Assembly (NCBI GenBank): GCA_951406725.2
Contig: OX597816.1
Coordinates: forward strand, 139,872,001-139,936,000
Length of the DNA: 64,000 nucleotides
Direction: 5' to 3'
DNA from: Octopus vulgaris
Taxonomy: Eukaryota
Positions 1 through 11,656 of the stretch are shown in pieces. The first letter of the stretch is position 1; each line of letters opens with the position of its first letter. The position numbers and the translations under genes were made by a program. The notes under the pieces were generated by a model, which worked only from the letters and a program-made list of their open reading frames with translations, was not told the origin of the DNA and did not search any database.

Positions 1-1268
1 CGGTCGAACAATGATGATGATGATATGCGTATGTATATATGTATATATGTATGTGTGTACGTTTGTATGAATGTATTATGCATATTCATGAGTTTGTGTT
101 TGTGTGTGTGTACCTCTGTCCTCTTGTGTGTGCATGTCTGACACAGTTCCGGTTCTTTGATGGAACCGCTTCATAGTTTTCAAATAAATAGCCGACCAAT
201 TACAGGACTGACCATAACCACTGCACACAACGAACCCGAACACCGTACTTTGGTCACCACCTGGTGCCATACTCTCTTTAGTACCAACTGACATCCTACA
301 TATAAACTTCCACCTCTGAAACACAGACCATACTTTCAAACCATACTTTCAAACCCACCCCTGTAAACACATACATAACGTGTATTTATATGTAAACAAA
401 ATAAGTACCACTGCCTAAATTTACCCTTCCTAAAAAAAACTCATCCTTAGAACGAATATACCTACCTACCCACCACTGGACAAAATAACATGAATCTTGG
501 AAGGCAACACTTGAAGTCTATGACTTATTTCTCTTTCCTATACCTAATCCATTTTACTAAATTTTACTCCTCTCACAAATTCTTTGTTGACCAGTGTTAT
601 TCTTATCGTAGATTACAAATCCAAAACATGGAAACGCTACTCAACTTTGGAGTTTTGGAAATAGATGCCCTCTTTTCACAACCACACACACATCACACAC
701 ATGCACTTATATATTAATGATGTACACAAATACATGGCAGGTATACATAATTCTGAAATACGCATAAAGTAAACACATGCAGACAAATATATTAATATAG
801 CAAATTTTTTTAAGATAATAAAAAATACAATCAATGAAGAGACAAAAGAAATAGTAAGGTGATACATGTTGATTTTATTGGGTATTTCTGTTTATTTAGA
901 AGCCTAAATTATAAATTACACAGGGTACAACCTTAAAGTTGACACCGCTCCGCTAAACTCAAAAAATTTCTGTCTCGCTATTGGCTAAAAATACACAGTG
1001 TTTTCAATTTTTAAACCTCTGTAACTTTTTACTCCAATTTTTTTTTCTTCTCATCATATCTTCAAAGCAATAAGACTGGAAGGCTACATTATTATAGCCG
1101 ATTTTCAGATTGTTTACTTCCTTTTAAAAAATGCATATTTTGCGAATGAAAAAACTAGATCCAGAATAAATCCTGTGGTCGATTTCTTCGACCAACGGCA
1201 GTGCTCCAGCATGGCCGCAATCACATGACTGGAACAAGTAGAACAATAAAAAACTATGCCATTTTTAT

Positions 1269-1297
1269 CCCGAGCAAGGCCGGGTATCTCTGCTAGT
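1269..1297 (+). mobile_element. Helitron-like 3' terminus (GC hairpin + CTAG|T)
   Basis: cccgagcaaggccggg hairpin (1269-1284), then CTAG at 1293-1296 followed by T. The 5' end was not located. Confidence 0.55.
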
Positions 1298-1488
1298 ATA
1301 CATATAAATGTCTGTCATATTAGTAGAAGATGGGGATCTCGAGTCTACGGGCAGTCTTCTACTTTTTTTTAGTCAATGCTTAACCCACTATTTAAACGTT
1401 ATTATTTATAGCTTCATCTACTTCGAATTCCACTGTAAAAAAAAAACGAATTTTTTCATGTTTCTCGAAGCTTCTAAATTGACACGAG

Positions 1489-1543
<55 letters not shown>

Positions 1544-1753
1544 TATACATATATTGTTTATACATATGTGTGTGTGTGTGTGTGTGTGTGTTTGTGTGTA
1601 TGTGTGTTTGCGTGTGTGTGAGTGTTTGTGCGTGTGATTTTGTGCGTGCCGTGTGTGTATAAATACGCAATACGGAAACATGTATGTGTTCGTATGTGCG
1701 GTTGTGTTTGCGCGCGCACGCGCGTGTGTGGTGTGTGTGTGTTTGTGATGTGT

Positions 1754-1788
<35 letters not shown>

Positions 1789-2286
1789 TGTGTATGTATT
1801 TGTGTGTAATTAGATAAGAGATACCCATGTGATTCATAATATACATCTTAATTCATCTAGACACGAACTTTTCTTTTTTACTAAAAGTGTCATTTTATAT
1901 TTCTTGTAGTATTTTTTTTGCTCAATCCGTTATGTAACATGAAACTCGGAGTTTGGAATAAATAACAGTAAAGCTTTACATTTATTTAATTTAATTCTAT
2001 GCTAATAGATTATTCTATTTTTGTTTGTGGTAACACCTACGTCTGTCCATCAATCAATCGCTCTCCACCTTCTCTCTCTCTCTTGTGCGCGTGAACTATA
2101 AATGAGTGTGTGTATGTATATTTATTTCTGTGTTTGTGTATGTGTGTATACATGTATGAATGTATAAATGCATCTCTATATATATATGTATATATGTATG
2201 TAGGTACGTACGTGCGTACGTATATACGTATAAAAAATAAAGAAAATATAAATGACTTCTTTTTAAATAACAGCTTTCCTTTAAAA

Positions 2287-2548
2287 CAGGGGTTCCCAAC
2301 TTTTTCGGGTTGCCGCCCCCTTGGTACTCAGGTCATTTTTCTTGCACCCTCGCCAACCACCCTCCCACCCACCTACCACCACAAACAGAGACTACTTTCT
2401 GCAGCAAATTCAAGACAACTATATTTCACAAATAAAACTCAACCTAATTAGCCCATTATGTTGCTATTTTTACACCCTATTACTCCCCTTTGGTTACCCC
2501 ACTATCCCCTTTTGGTCACCCCATTATCGCCCGCTTAGGGAACCGCTG
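2287..2548. mobile_element. hAT (Charlie/Buster-type) MITE
   Basis: TIRs caggggttcccaac / ttagggaaccgctg. 8-bp TSD ctttaaaa / ccttaaaa (7/8) with central TA. Confidence 0.8.
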
Positions 2549-2674
2549 CCTTAAAACAGCACACCAATTAGGGGACGAATGCCTCTTAACAGAAAAAGTC
2601 ACACCGCTACGCTGTGTCAACTTTCGTTTTTTTCTTTTCTTCAACAAAGTTACCAAGAAAAAATTAAGTTCACA

Positions 2675-2895
2675 TACTCTTTACTCTTTTACTCTTTTAC
2701 TTATTTCAGTCATTTGACTGCGGCCATGCTGGAGCACCGCCTTTAGTCGAGCAAATCGACTTCAGGACTTATTCTTTGTAAGCCTAGTATTTATTCTATC
2801 GGTCTCTTTTGCCGAACCGCTAGCTAATTACAGGGACGTAGACACACCAGCATCGATTGTCAAGCGATGTTGGTGTGGGGACAAACACAGACAAA

Positions 2896-2969
<74 letters not shown>

Positions 2970-3134
2970 TACGACGGGCTTCTTTCAGTTTCCGTCTACC
3001 AAATCCATTCACAAGGCTTTGGTCGGCCCGAGGCTGTAGTAGAAGACACTTGTCCAAGGTGCCACGCCGTGGGACTGAACCCAAAACCATGTGGTTGGTT
3101 AGCAAGCTACTTACTACACAGCCACTCCTGCGCC
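2675..3134 (-). mobile_element. SINE family A, full length (tRNA-derived head, internal (TA)n(CA)n, (gagtaaaa)n tail)
   Basis: On - strand: A box tggctgtgtagt, B box ggttcagtccc, body ggcaccttggacaagtgtctt, 3' end ggtgctccagcatggccgcagtcaaatgactgaaa. More than 20 related copies in the window. Confidence 0.9.
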
Positions 3135-3164
3135 TTTTTCACTTCACATACATTTTTTTATTTC

Positions 3165-3530
3165 AAATTTTGGCACAAGACCAGCAACATATGGAGAGGG
3201 GCTAAGTTAATTAAATCGATTCCAGTGTTCAACTGGTACTTATTTTATCGATCCCGAAAGGATGAAAGGCAAAATCGACCTTGGCGGATTTTGAACTCAG
3301 AACGTAAAAGTAGACGAAATGCCTCTAAGTTTTTTTTCCCGGCGTGCCAACAGTTCTGCCAGCTCGTTACTACTACTACTAATAATAATAATGACATAGA
3401 CACAAGGATTGAAATTTGCGTGAGTCAATAACCGATTAAATTTACTTCATTACTTACTTGACTAATACGTTAATTCATCGACCCAGGAGAGATGAAACAT
3501 AAAGTCTACTCCAGCGGCATTTGCAAAAAT
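3165..3530 (-). mobile_element. SINE family B, one copy plus a degenerate second copy
   Basis: Conserved core gcctttcatcctttcgg(g)atcgataaaataagtaccag on - strand and tRNA-like head with gagttcaaaatcc. Confidence 0.75.
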
Positions 3531-3754
3531 ACTACAAGGGAAGTTGTCCGTTGATTATATTCCCTTATATAACGTACAATTTTATCTCGTACGGAAGAAT
3601 GAGGGAGAAAGCGGTCCTCATTGATCACATGGGAATCAAGTTTGCTTTTCTCTATTTGGGATCGAGATCATGATGCTAGTTAACTACGAGGGACTGTGAT
3701 AGCAATTATATTTGTAAATCAAAATTGTGAACTTAGGCTAAAATTAAAATACTC

Positions 3755-4120
3755 CATTATCATCATCATCAACATCCTCAACATCGTCATCATCAACATC
3801 ATCAACACTACCAACATCATTATCATCACCATTATCATCATTTCTATTCCCCTCCCCCTTCTTTCTCTTCTTGCTGCTCCTCCTCCTCACCCTCCTTATC
3901 ATCACTACCAAGACCGCCACCATCATCACGTTTGTTACCATCATCATTATCATCATCATCATCATCCTTATCGTTACTCCTGCCCTCCCCACGTCCCCAC
4001 CACTTTCTCTTCCTTCTCTTCTTCCTCCTCCTCGTCATCATCATCATCATTCCTCGTCTCCTATTTCTCCTCCTCCTCCTCATCATCATCACCATCATCA
4101 TCGTTATCACCAACATCATT
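3755..4120. repeat. Compound (CAT)n/(CCT)n trinucleotide low-complexity tract
   Basis: Seen directly; it explains the poly-I/H/S ORFs. Confidence 0.9.
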
Positions 4121-4525
4121 CTTTTTTTTTCTCTCCCTTTTATTAAACGTGAGGCAGATGTTTGGCCTGAGGGTCTGAAGCTCTCATCTCGCACAGAAGA
4201 CAAATAGTTCTGTCTTGACAACTTGACGTTATAAAGATAAAACTGTCAAAAGAATACATTTCACAAGATTTATCAAACATTATACGCATTAACCGAACGT
4301 TTTGCCAAAAATTGCTCACCGATGTTAAGCTGCATTCGACTACTTTCGACTATTTTCGCCAGCGTTCGCTACTGTGCGCTCGTTTCTATATACACACATA
4401 ATGATTTCATTAGCATGAATTAGAGAAGATGTACAAAATTTCGAACACTATTTCACGTTTATATTTCGATTTTTAACAATAAGTTAAATTCTATAATTTT
4501 CTGAGGGTTTTTTTTTTAACTAATA

Positions 4526-5327
4526 GGCGCAGGCGTGGCTGTGTGGTAAGAGGCTTGCCCCCAACCACATGGGAAAGGTACAACTATGGCTCCGGGCCGA
4601 CCAACTTCTTGTGAGTGGATTTGGTAGACGGAAACTAAAATAAGCCCATTATGTGTGTGTGTGTATGTGTGTGTGTGTGTGTGTGACCTTGTACCACTTG
4701 ACAACCGGTGGTATCGTATTTATGTCCCCGTAACTTAGTGGGTCGGTGATAGAGGCCGATGGTATAAGTACCAGGCTTAACAAAAGTAAGTACTGGGGTC
4801 GATTCATTCGACTAAAGAATTCTTCAACGCGGTGTCCCAGAATGGCCGCAGTCTAATGACTTAAACAAAATAAAGGGTAAAAGGTACAAGGTAAGAAATA
4901 ATATAGGCGCAGTCCACGTGGACTTGGGTTCAGTTCCACTGCATGACATCTTGGACAAATGTCTTCTACTTCGACCCAAAGCCTTGGGAGTTGGGTTGGT
5001 AGATGGAAACTGAAAGAAACCTGGATATATGCATACATAAAGACACACACGCACACGTGTGTGTGTGCGTGAGTGTGTGTGTATGTGTATGTGTGTGTGA
5101 GTGTGTGTGTGTGAGCATGTGTGTGTGGGCGCGTGTGTGTGAGTGTCTTCCTACCACTACTGCTTTACAGCCAGTGCTGCTTTGATTACGTCCCCTGTAA
5201 CTTAGCGGTTCGGCAAAAGACAAAGGTACAATAAGTACCAGACCTAAAATAATTACTGAGTTCAATTTGTTCGAGTAAAACCCTTGAAAGTCGCAGTCTA
5301 ATGAGTGAAACAAGTAAAAAATAAAAG
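4526..5327 (+). mobile_element. Two tandem diverged SINE A copies (about 4526-4885 and 4906-5327)
   Basis: ggcgcagg(c)gtggctgtgtggtaag heads; gatttggtagacggaaact and aataagtaccagg blocks. Confidence 0.85.
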
Positions 5328-5395
5328 ACAAAATTTCAGTATGTGACTTTTTTTTTTTCACCCGACCCACACCTTTTGCTGTTATTGAACAGTTA

Positions 5396-5808
5396 TTTCT
5401 TTACTCTTTTACTTGTTTCAGTCATTTGACTGCGGCCATGCTGGAGCACCGCCTTTAGTCGAGCAAATCGACTCCAGGACTTATTCCTTGTAAGCCTAGT
5501 ACTTATTCTATCGGTCTCTTTTGCCGAACCGCTGTCACGGGGATGTAAACTCACCAGCATCGGTTGTTAAGCGATGTTGGGGGACAAACACAGACACATA
5601 AAACTCGCACACACATATATATATATGTATACATATACATATATACGACGGGCTTCTTTCAGTTTCCGTATACCAAATCCACTCACAAAGCTTTGGTCGG
5701 CCTGAGGCTATAGTAGGAAATATTTGCTCAAGGTGCAACGCAGTAGGGCTGAACGCGGAACCATGTGGTTGGTTAGCAAGCTACTTACCACACAGCCACT
5801 CCTGTGCC
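5396..5808 (-). mobile_element. SINE A, full length
   Basis: Near-consensus copy, tail-to-tail with the copy ending at 5327. Confidence 0.9.
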
Positions 5809-5979
5809 TATCATTAAAAGTTCTTCTGTTTTTTTGTTTGTTTTTTTTTTTTAATTGTTGTATGTGGATCATTGGACTGCAGCCATGCAGATGAACTCCT
5901 TTGAAGCAAAACGTCAAATAAATTAACTACAGTCTACTACTTATTTGATTGTTCAAACAAATTACACACGAAAAGCATT

Positions 5980-7166
5980 TATTCATCAAAAATATCCCCT
6001 CATATTCTATTGTCAGTTGCCATTGTTGAGCCCGAAGCTCACTTCCACGTTTATACCATTTGGCTGAGTTAGATGCAAAAAAACTCCTATCCGTTTTCAG
6101 CTTCAATCCACATTGTTGAATCTCAGTCTGTGCAGATAATGAGCCATCATTCGGGAAGTAAGTAATCTGATGATACGAGGTCTAGACTGTAGGCAGGGTG
6201 CGGTAGCACTTCTAGCCACGCAAGTTTCTTAAGGTTGAGCTTGTTCACATTGGAAGTTATTGCTGAGGCATTGTCATGTTGTAGAAGGGCGCATCTTCGA
6301 TTGATAAATACCAGATTGCGGGCTTTTAAAGCATCATGTACTCGCTGCGGTTGTCAAGCATAAAGGTTAGCATTCACAGCATGAGCATCTGGACAAGCTC
6401 AAAGTACATACACCCTCGAAATTCTACCAAACACACATGATGTTTTGTTCAAACTGCCCTTGTTAGATAACAGGTTCTGAAGCTTGGCCGGAACGAAGTC
6501 ACTGATTTATCTGACGATTACAGAAATAGATCCATTTTTCATTCCCATTTAAAATTCGACGCCCAAAACGGGCATCTCGAGGATTTGGCAGCAGTTGTTT
6601 GCCAATGTTCACAAGTTGTTGAGCCTGATCAATGATTAGTTCATGATCTTCTTGACATCGTCTGTTCACAAAGCCGAGCTTATGAAGGTGTCGTCTTATG
6701 TGGCTTTTTGAAGGACCTAGTTTTGCCGACAATGTATTTGACTGTTGTTCTTGTGTTTGGCTTTTGTTCAAATATTTCCAGTAAAGCCTCATCTTCTACA
6801 ACAGAAGTCCCCCTGACTTTGATTTTTCTTTGAGACTGATGTCATCTTCCTTGAAACATCTGAACCAGTTTTGTACCACACGTTCGCTGACAATTCTTAG
6901 GCTTTCCACATCATTAATTTTTTGTCGCTATCCTTGCACTCATTCCTTTAGTATAAAAATGGCTGTAATTGCAATTTATCACCGCTGATTATCAAAGCTG
7001 TAAGCTTTAAGTATTAAATAATTAATGTTCATATGTTATATATGAAAATATAGGATAAACAATTCAATAACGATTGGACGAGTTGTATCAATTCAATGAT
7101 ATAACAGGGAGATAAAAGTTGCGAAAACTCATCAAACTTCGAAAAAACTTTTGACTCAGTCTCGTA
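5980..7166 (-). mobile_element. Decayed mariner (DD34D) transposon / transposase pseudogene
   Basis: Minus-strand fragments VSERVVQNWFRCFKEDD (HTH), ILNGNEKWIYF (TGDEKW), LLQHDNAS and EVLPHPAYSLDLVSSDY (YSPDLAPSDY). TIR-like tacgagactgagtcaaaaagt near 7146-7166. Frameshifts and stops present. Confidence 0.85.
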
Positions 7167-8507
7167 CAACGTTTCGAATATGGTCCCCTGTCAAATACAA
7201 GAAGAAAGTCGGCGTAAAAAACGAAGAGGAGAAAAGAGGTTCAAAGAGAGAAAAGAGCCAGGAAAAAAATGCACATGGGTTAAGCCTACATGTTCAGACA
7301 AAAACAGGTATATCAAGTAGAGTACAACATAAATTCTTGGTTTATGAAAATTATCTCCACCTCGGAACAGTGAGACTAGTACCATATGAAAAAAGGAAGA
7401 CAATTACAAGTTTCAAGTATTTTCCAAATCTGACACGCCATTCCAGAAAAGGAAAGCTTATTAGCCGGAGATAAGATGACAGATTTTTACTTTATCAGGA
7501 GCCATCAGAACGACAATCATCCTAACCTATCTGCAACAGTCATAGGACATAAATAGGCAAAAAGAATACAACACATTTATGGCCTCAGTAATTTGCAAAG
7601 ATTAAACAAAAATGAGTCAATAGAAACAACTCAAAGTGAACAATGACCCGATATGAAGAACATAGACTCATACAGGAATACCAAATATCATGTTCTTGTC
7701 TGTTCTATTTTTCATATGATATTTGTACAGGAACACTTAATGCCTTGGAAAAGATGCATCGGTTTAATTGACCCCAATACTTGACTCGTACTTTTGATGT
7801 TGCTGGAACTATTTTATCTCCCCACGAAAAGATAGACTGCAAAGTCGTTTCACAGCATTCGAGCTCAAATCATTTTGTCTGACGCTCTACTAATTCTACC
7901 ATAATACTACTGCCACTTTGAATTAAATACTTCAGAAGTATTCCAGCTGTGATTTGCGGCAACTTACAGAAAAGGTTGATTTATATATTTATATAGTTGA
8001 TATAGTTAGCCTTTGTCGTTTACCGCCGTCTTAACTGTTTAACATCCTGCTCACTGAGATTTCTCTTATACTTTATTCTCTTTAATAGAACTTAATTGCA
8101 GTCACATGTCTCACCATTAATCCCTATGTACATAGTCACCAATTGACTAGTATATCTCGCTAGACATACTAGTCACACGCTAGACATATAAGTCATCCGG
8201 GGAGGATGTGTAGTGATGTTCATTCTACTTCGTATGAAGTTAACTGAGTTGCTCACTTTACAACACTAGCTTAATGAAGGGGAAATGTGAGGTCAAGCCC
8301 CGACTGAAATTTCTTCTTTTTTTATCTTTTCTTTGAGAGAACCATTTTTGATGTGCGTATATTTCTCAACACATTGTTTTCGGTCTGTAATTCTACATAC
8401 CATAATTCTAGGTGTCATGAACGCTCCAATCTCGAACACGAAGTCAAAGTTTGACTTGAAAATTTTACAAGCGATAAACATGAAAGCAAGATCTCAGCAA
8501 TTTCACG

Positions 8508-9050
8508 ACGCAAGCGTGGCTGAGTGGTAAGAAACTTACTTTCCAATCGCATGATTCCGAATTCAGTCCCACTGCGTGGTACGTTGGGCAAGTGTCTTCT
8601 GCTATAGCCTCTGGCCGACCAAAACCTTGAGAGTAGATGTGGTAGTCGGAAACTGATAGAAACCCGTCGTATATATGCATGTACGACTATAGTAGAAGAC
8701 ACTTGCACATGGTGTCACGCAGTGGGACTGAACCCGGAACCATGTGGCTGGTAAGCAAACTACATACCACACAATCACTCCTGCGCCTATATACACACAC
8801 ACACAGAGCGGTCTTCTTTCAGTTTCCATCTACCAAATCCACTCACAAGGCTTTGATCAGCCCGAGGCTTTTATAGAAGACACTTCTATAGGTTGGGTGA
8901 TGGTGGTGGTAACAATAACGACGACGACGACAAGAATGATGATGATGATGATGATGATGACGATGATATTTTATTACCAACTCATTCCCTATTAAGATTA
9001 GCAAATACCATGCAGTGGAGCCGAACCTGTAACCATGTGGTTGGGAAGCA
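8508..9050. mobile_element. Cluster of SINE A fragments in both orientations
   Basis: + head 8508-8680, - head 8690-8790, and a - copy 8810-9050 interrupted by a duplicated segment. Confidence 0.75.
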
Positions 9051-9676
9051 TGGTTTACAACTTTTTAAAAATTTGTCCAACATCATAGCAAATAAAGAAG
9101 ACTTATGTGAATGCAAATCCTATTTGTTCTTCTCATCGATAAAGACAGGGGAAGGGCTACCAACATATTTCACTTATACTTTTAGGGAGGCCTAAGAATC
9201 TGTTAGGTTGAAATCGTTACTCTAGCTATGCACGGTGAGATTTTTGAGATTTATTTTCGGAAAAAGTAAATTCGATGCCAGGAAATAAGGTAGCTTTTAC
9301 TCAGAAACACACGCTGCAGTTCTTCACACACTGCCTCTATAGGTAAATTAAAGAAGCTTATATATACAGCAATACATTCACTGCACTTAACACATTCTTG
9401 CTCTCACTTCGCATTTATAGCAGCAGTACCGTATGTTTAAAAACTCTCTTGATGGTGTTTTTTTAACATCCTCTGGCACGTCGATGTGGCTTATTTTAAC
9501 AGGTAGAGAGAGAGAGAGTGGGGGGTGGAGAGAGAGATGCACTGCAAATTATTGGGTTCCTGTGCAAGAATGCGTATGAACATCTGACGCCACGGAGGGT
9601 TTTGTGTGGTAGCAAAAGGCGGGTTCTTGTAGGTTGGGTGATGGTGGTGGTAACAATAACGACGACGATGACGACA

Positions 9677-9710
<34 letters not shown>

Positions 9711-9759
9711 CGATGACATTTTATTCCCAGCTCAATCCCTATTAAGATTAGCAAATACC

Positions 9760-9975
9760 TATTTCTTTACTACCCACAAGGGGCTAAACACAGAGAGGAC
9801 AAACAAGGACAGACAAACGGATTAAGTCGATTATATCGACCCCAGTGCGTAACTGGTACTTATTTAATCGACCCCAAAAGGATGAAAGGCAAAGTCGACC
9901 TCGGCGGAACTTGAACTCAGAACGTAACGGCAAACGAAATACGGCTACGCATTTTGCCCGGCTTGCTAACGTTTC
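9760..9975 (-). mobile_element. SINE family B, young subfamily
   Basis: Tail gtttagccccttgtgggtagtaaagaaata; core gactttgcctttcatccttttggggtcgattaaataagtaccag. Confidence 0.88.
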
Positions 9976-10864
9976 TATCATGTCCATCTCATCATTGTGT
10001 TGTCCAATGTGTTTTTTTAAAGAAGGTACGATGGAAGCTGAAAATAATTTGACTGTTATTTCTACCAGTTGAAGTAACCACATTGACGTCTCCAAGCTGG
10101 TTCACGATGATGGTGATGATGATGATGATGATGACAATGGTAATGACGATAGTAGTAACGATGTTGGTGGTGGTGCTGGCGGTGGTGATAGTGACGGGGC
10201 AGTAGTAGGGATAGTTGTAGTAGTGTGGAGCTAGCGGTGGCGGTAGTGACGTTGGCGGTAGTGGTGGTGGCGGTTATGGCGGCAGTGGTGATGGCGGTGG
10301 TGGTGGTTGTTGCGCTGCTGCTGCTGCTGCTGATGGTGGTGATGATGTGTGTGGTAGTGGCTCTGGTGGCGTGTTTCTCACTTTATGCATTCATTCCTCT
10401 TTTATTCATTTATGATTTTTTTTGTTTCTTTCTTAAATGTATTTATTGTTAATTGAGATAGGAGATGGCGCCAATACCGGTTGAGCGATCAGTGGGGGGT
10501 TGCTGGTTCTAATGGGAGGTGTGGCTGAGGTGACGCAGTCAGCCGCTTTTCATGTCGGTACACTTCAAACGGATTACTGTGTAATTAAAAAGAAATTATC
10601 GTACCTTAAACAAATATGGAACATGCCGACACCCACATCTCTATCCCGCTCTGTCTTTCCCCTTTCTCCTTCACTGTCTGTCTGTATGTCTTTCTACCTC
10701 TCTTTCATAGACACACCCTCTCTTTTATGTCACTCCCACTCTTCCTCTCACCTGTTCTTGTTCTTTCTCTTTTACCTATTCCGTCTACTGTTTCACCTCT
10801 CTTGCAAGAGTTCTGTTTCCTATCTCCTCTCTATAATACATCTTATCTCTTTGTTCTCCCATCC

Positions 10865-10953
<89 letters not shown>

Positions 10954-11150
10954 ACGCAGGCCTAGCTGAATGGTACCAATCTTGCTTCCCAACTACATGG
11001 TCTCAGGTTCAATCCCATTGCGTGGCACTTTAAGTAAATGTCTTCTACTATGGCCTCAGGCCGACTAAAGCCTTCTGAGCGAATTTGGTAGACGGAAAAT
11101 GAAAGAAGTCCGTCGTATATACATATATAAGTGTATGTGTGTGTCACTCT
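10865..11150 (+). mobile_element. (TATC)n microsatellite followed by the 5' half of SINE A
   Basis: (ctat)n about 10865-10952, then ggttcaatcccattgcgtggcac...ggtagacggaaa. Confidence 0.75.
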
Positions 11151-11174
11151 GTTGCTTCTGCTAAATATTAATAT

Positions 11175-11565
11175 TCTTTTCTACTCTAGGCACAAGGCCC
11201 GAAATTTTGGGTGAGGGGGCCAGTCGATTAGATCGTCCCCAGGACGCAACTGGTATTAATTCTATTGACACCGAAAGGATGAAAGGCAAATTCGACATCG
11301 GCGGAATTTGAACTCAGAACGTAAAGACAGACGAAATACATATTTCTTTACTACCCACAAGGGGCTAAACACAGAGAGGACAAACAAGGACAGACAAGGG
11401 GATTAAGTCGATTACATCGACCCCGGTGCGTAATTGGTACTTAATTTATAGACCTCCGAAAGTATGAAAGGCAAAGTTGACCTTGGCGGAATTTGAACTC
11501 AGAAAGTAATGGCAGACGAAATACCAATTTCTTTATTGCCCACCGGGGGCCAAACATAGAAATGG
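11175..11565 (-). mobile_element. Tandem/nested array of SINE B (3 units)
   Basis: Repeated ggaatttgaactcagaa...gacgaaatac blocks joined to tatttcttta(c/t)t(a/g)ccc tails. Confidence 0.85.
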
Positions 11566-11656
11566 ACAGAACAACTGATGGGATCAGTAAAGCGATTTGA
11601 TTTTACATATAATGTGACTTTAAAAATTTAAATACAACATTAAAAAATCGAATGGA

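Noticed and set aside
7151-7700. A-rich ORF-like stretch, possibly an old retroelement
   Set aside because: I could not identify a diagnostic motif.
11175-11565. Regularly spaced repeats that could suggest a CRISPR-like array
   Set aside because: The units are about 180-bp SINE B copies without unique spacers, the context is eukaryotic and there are no cas genes.
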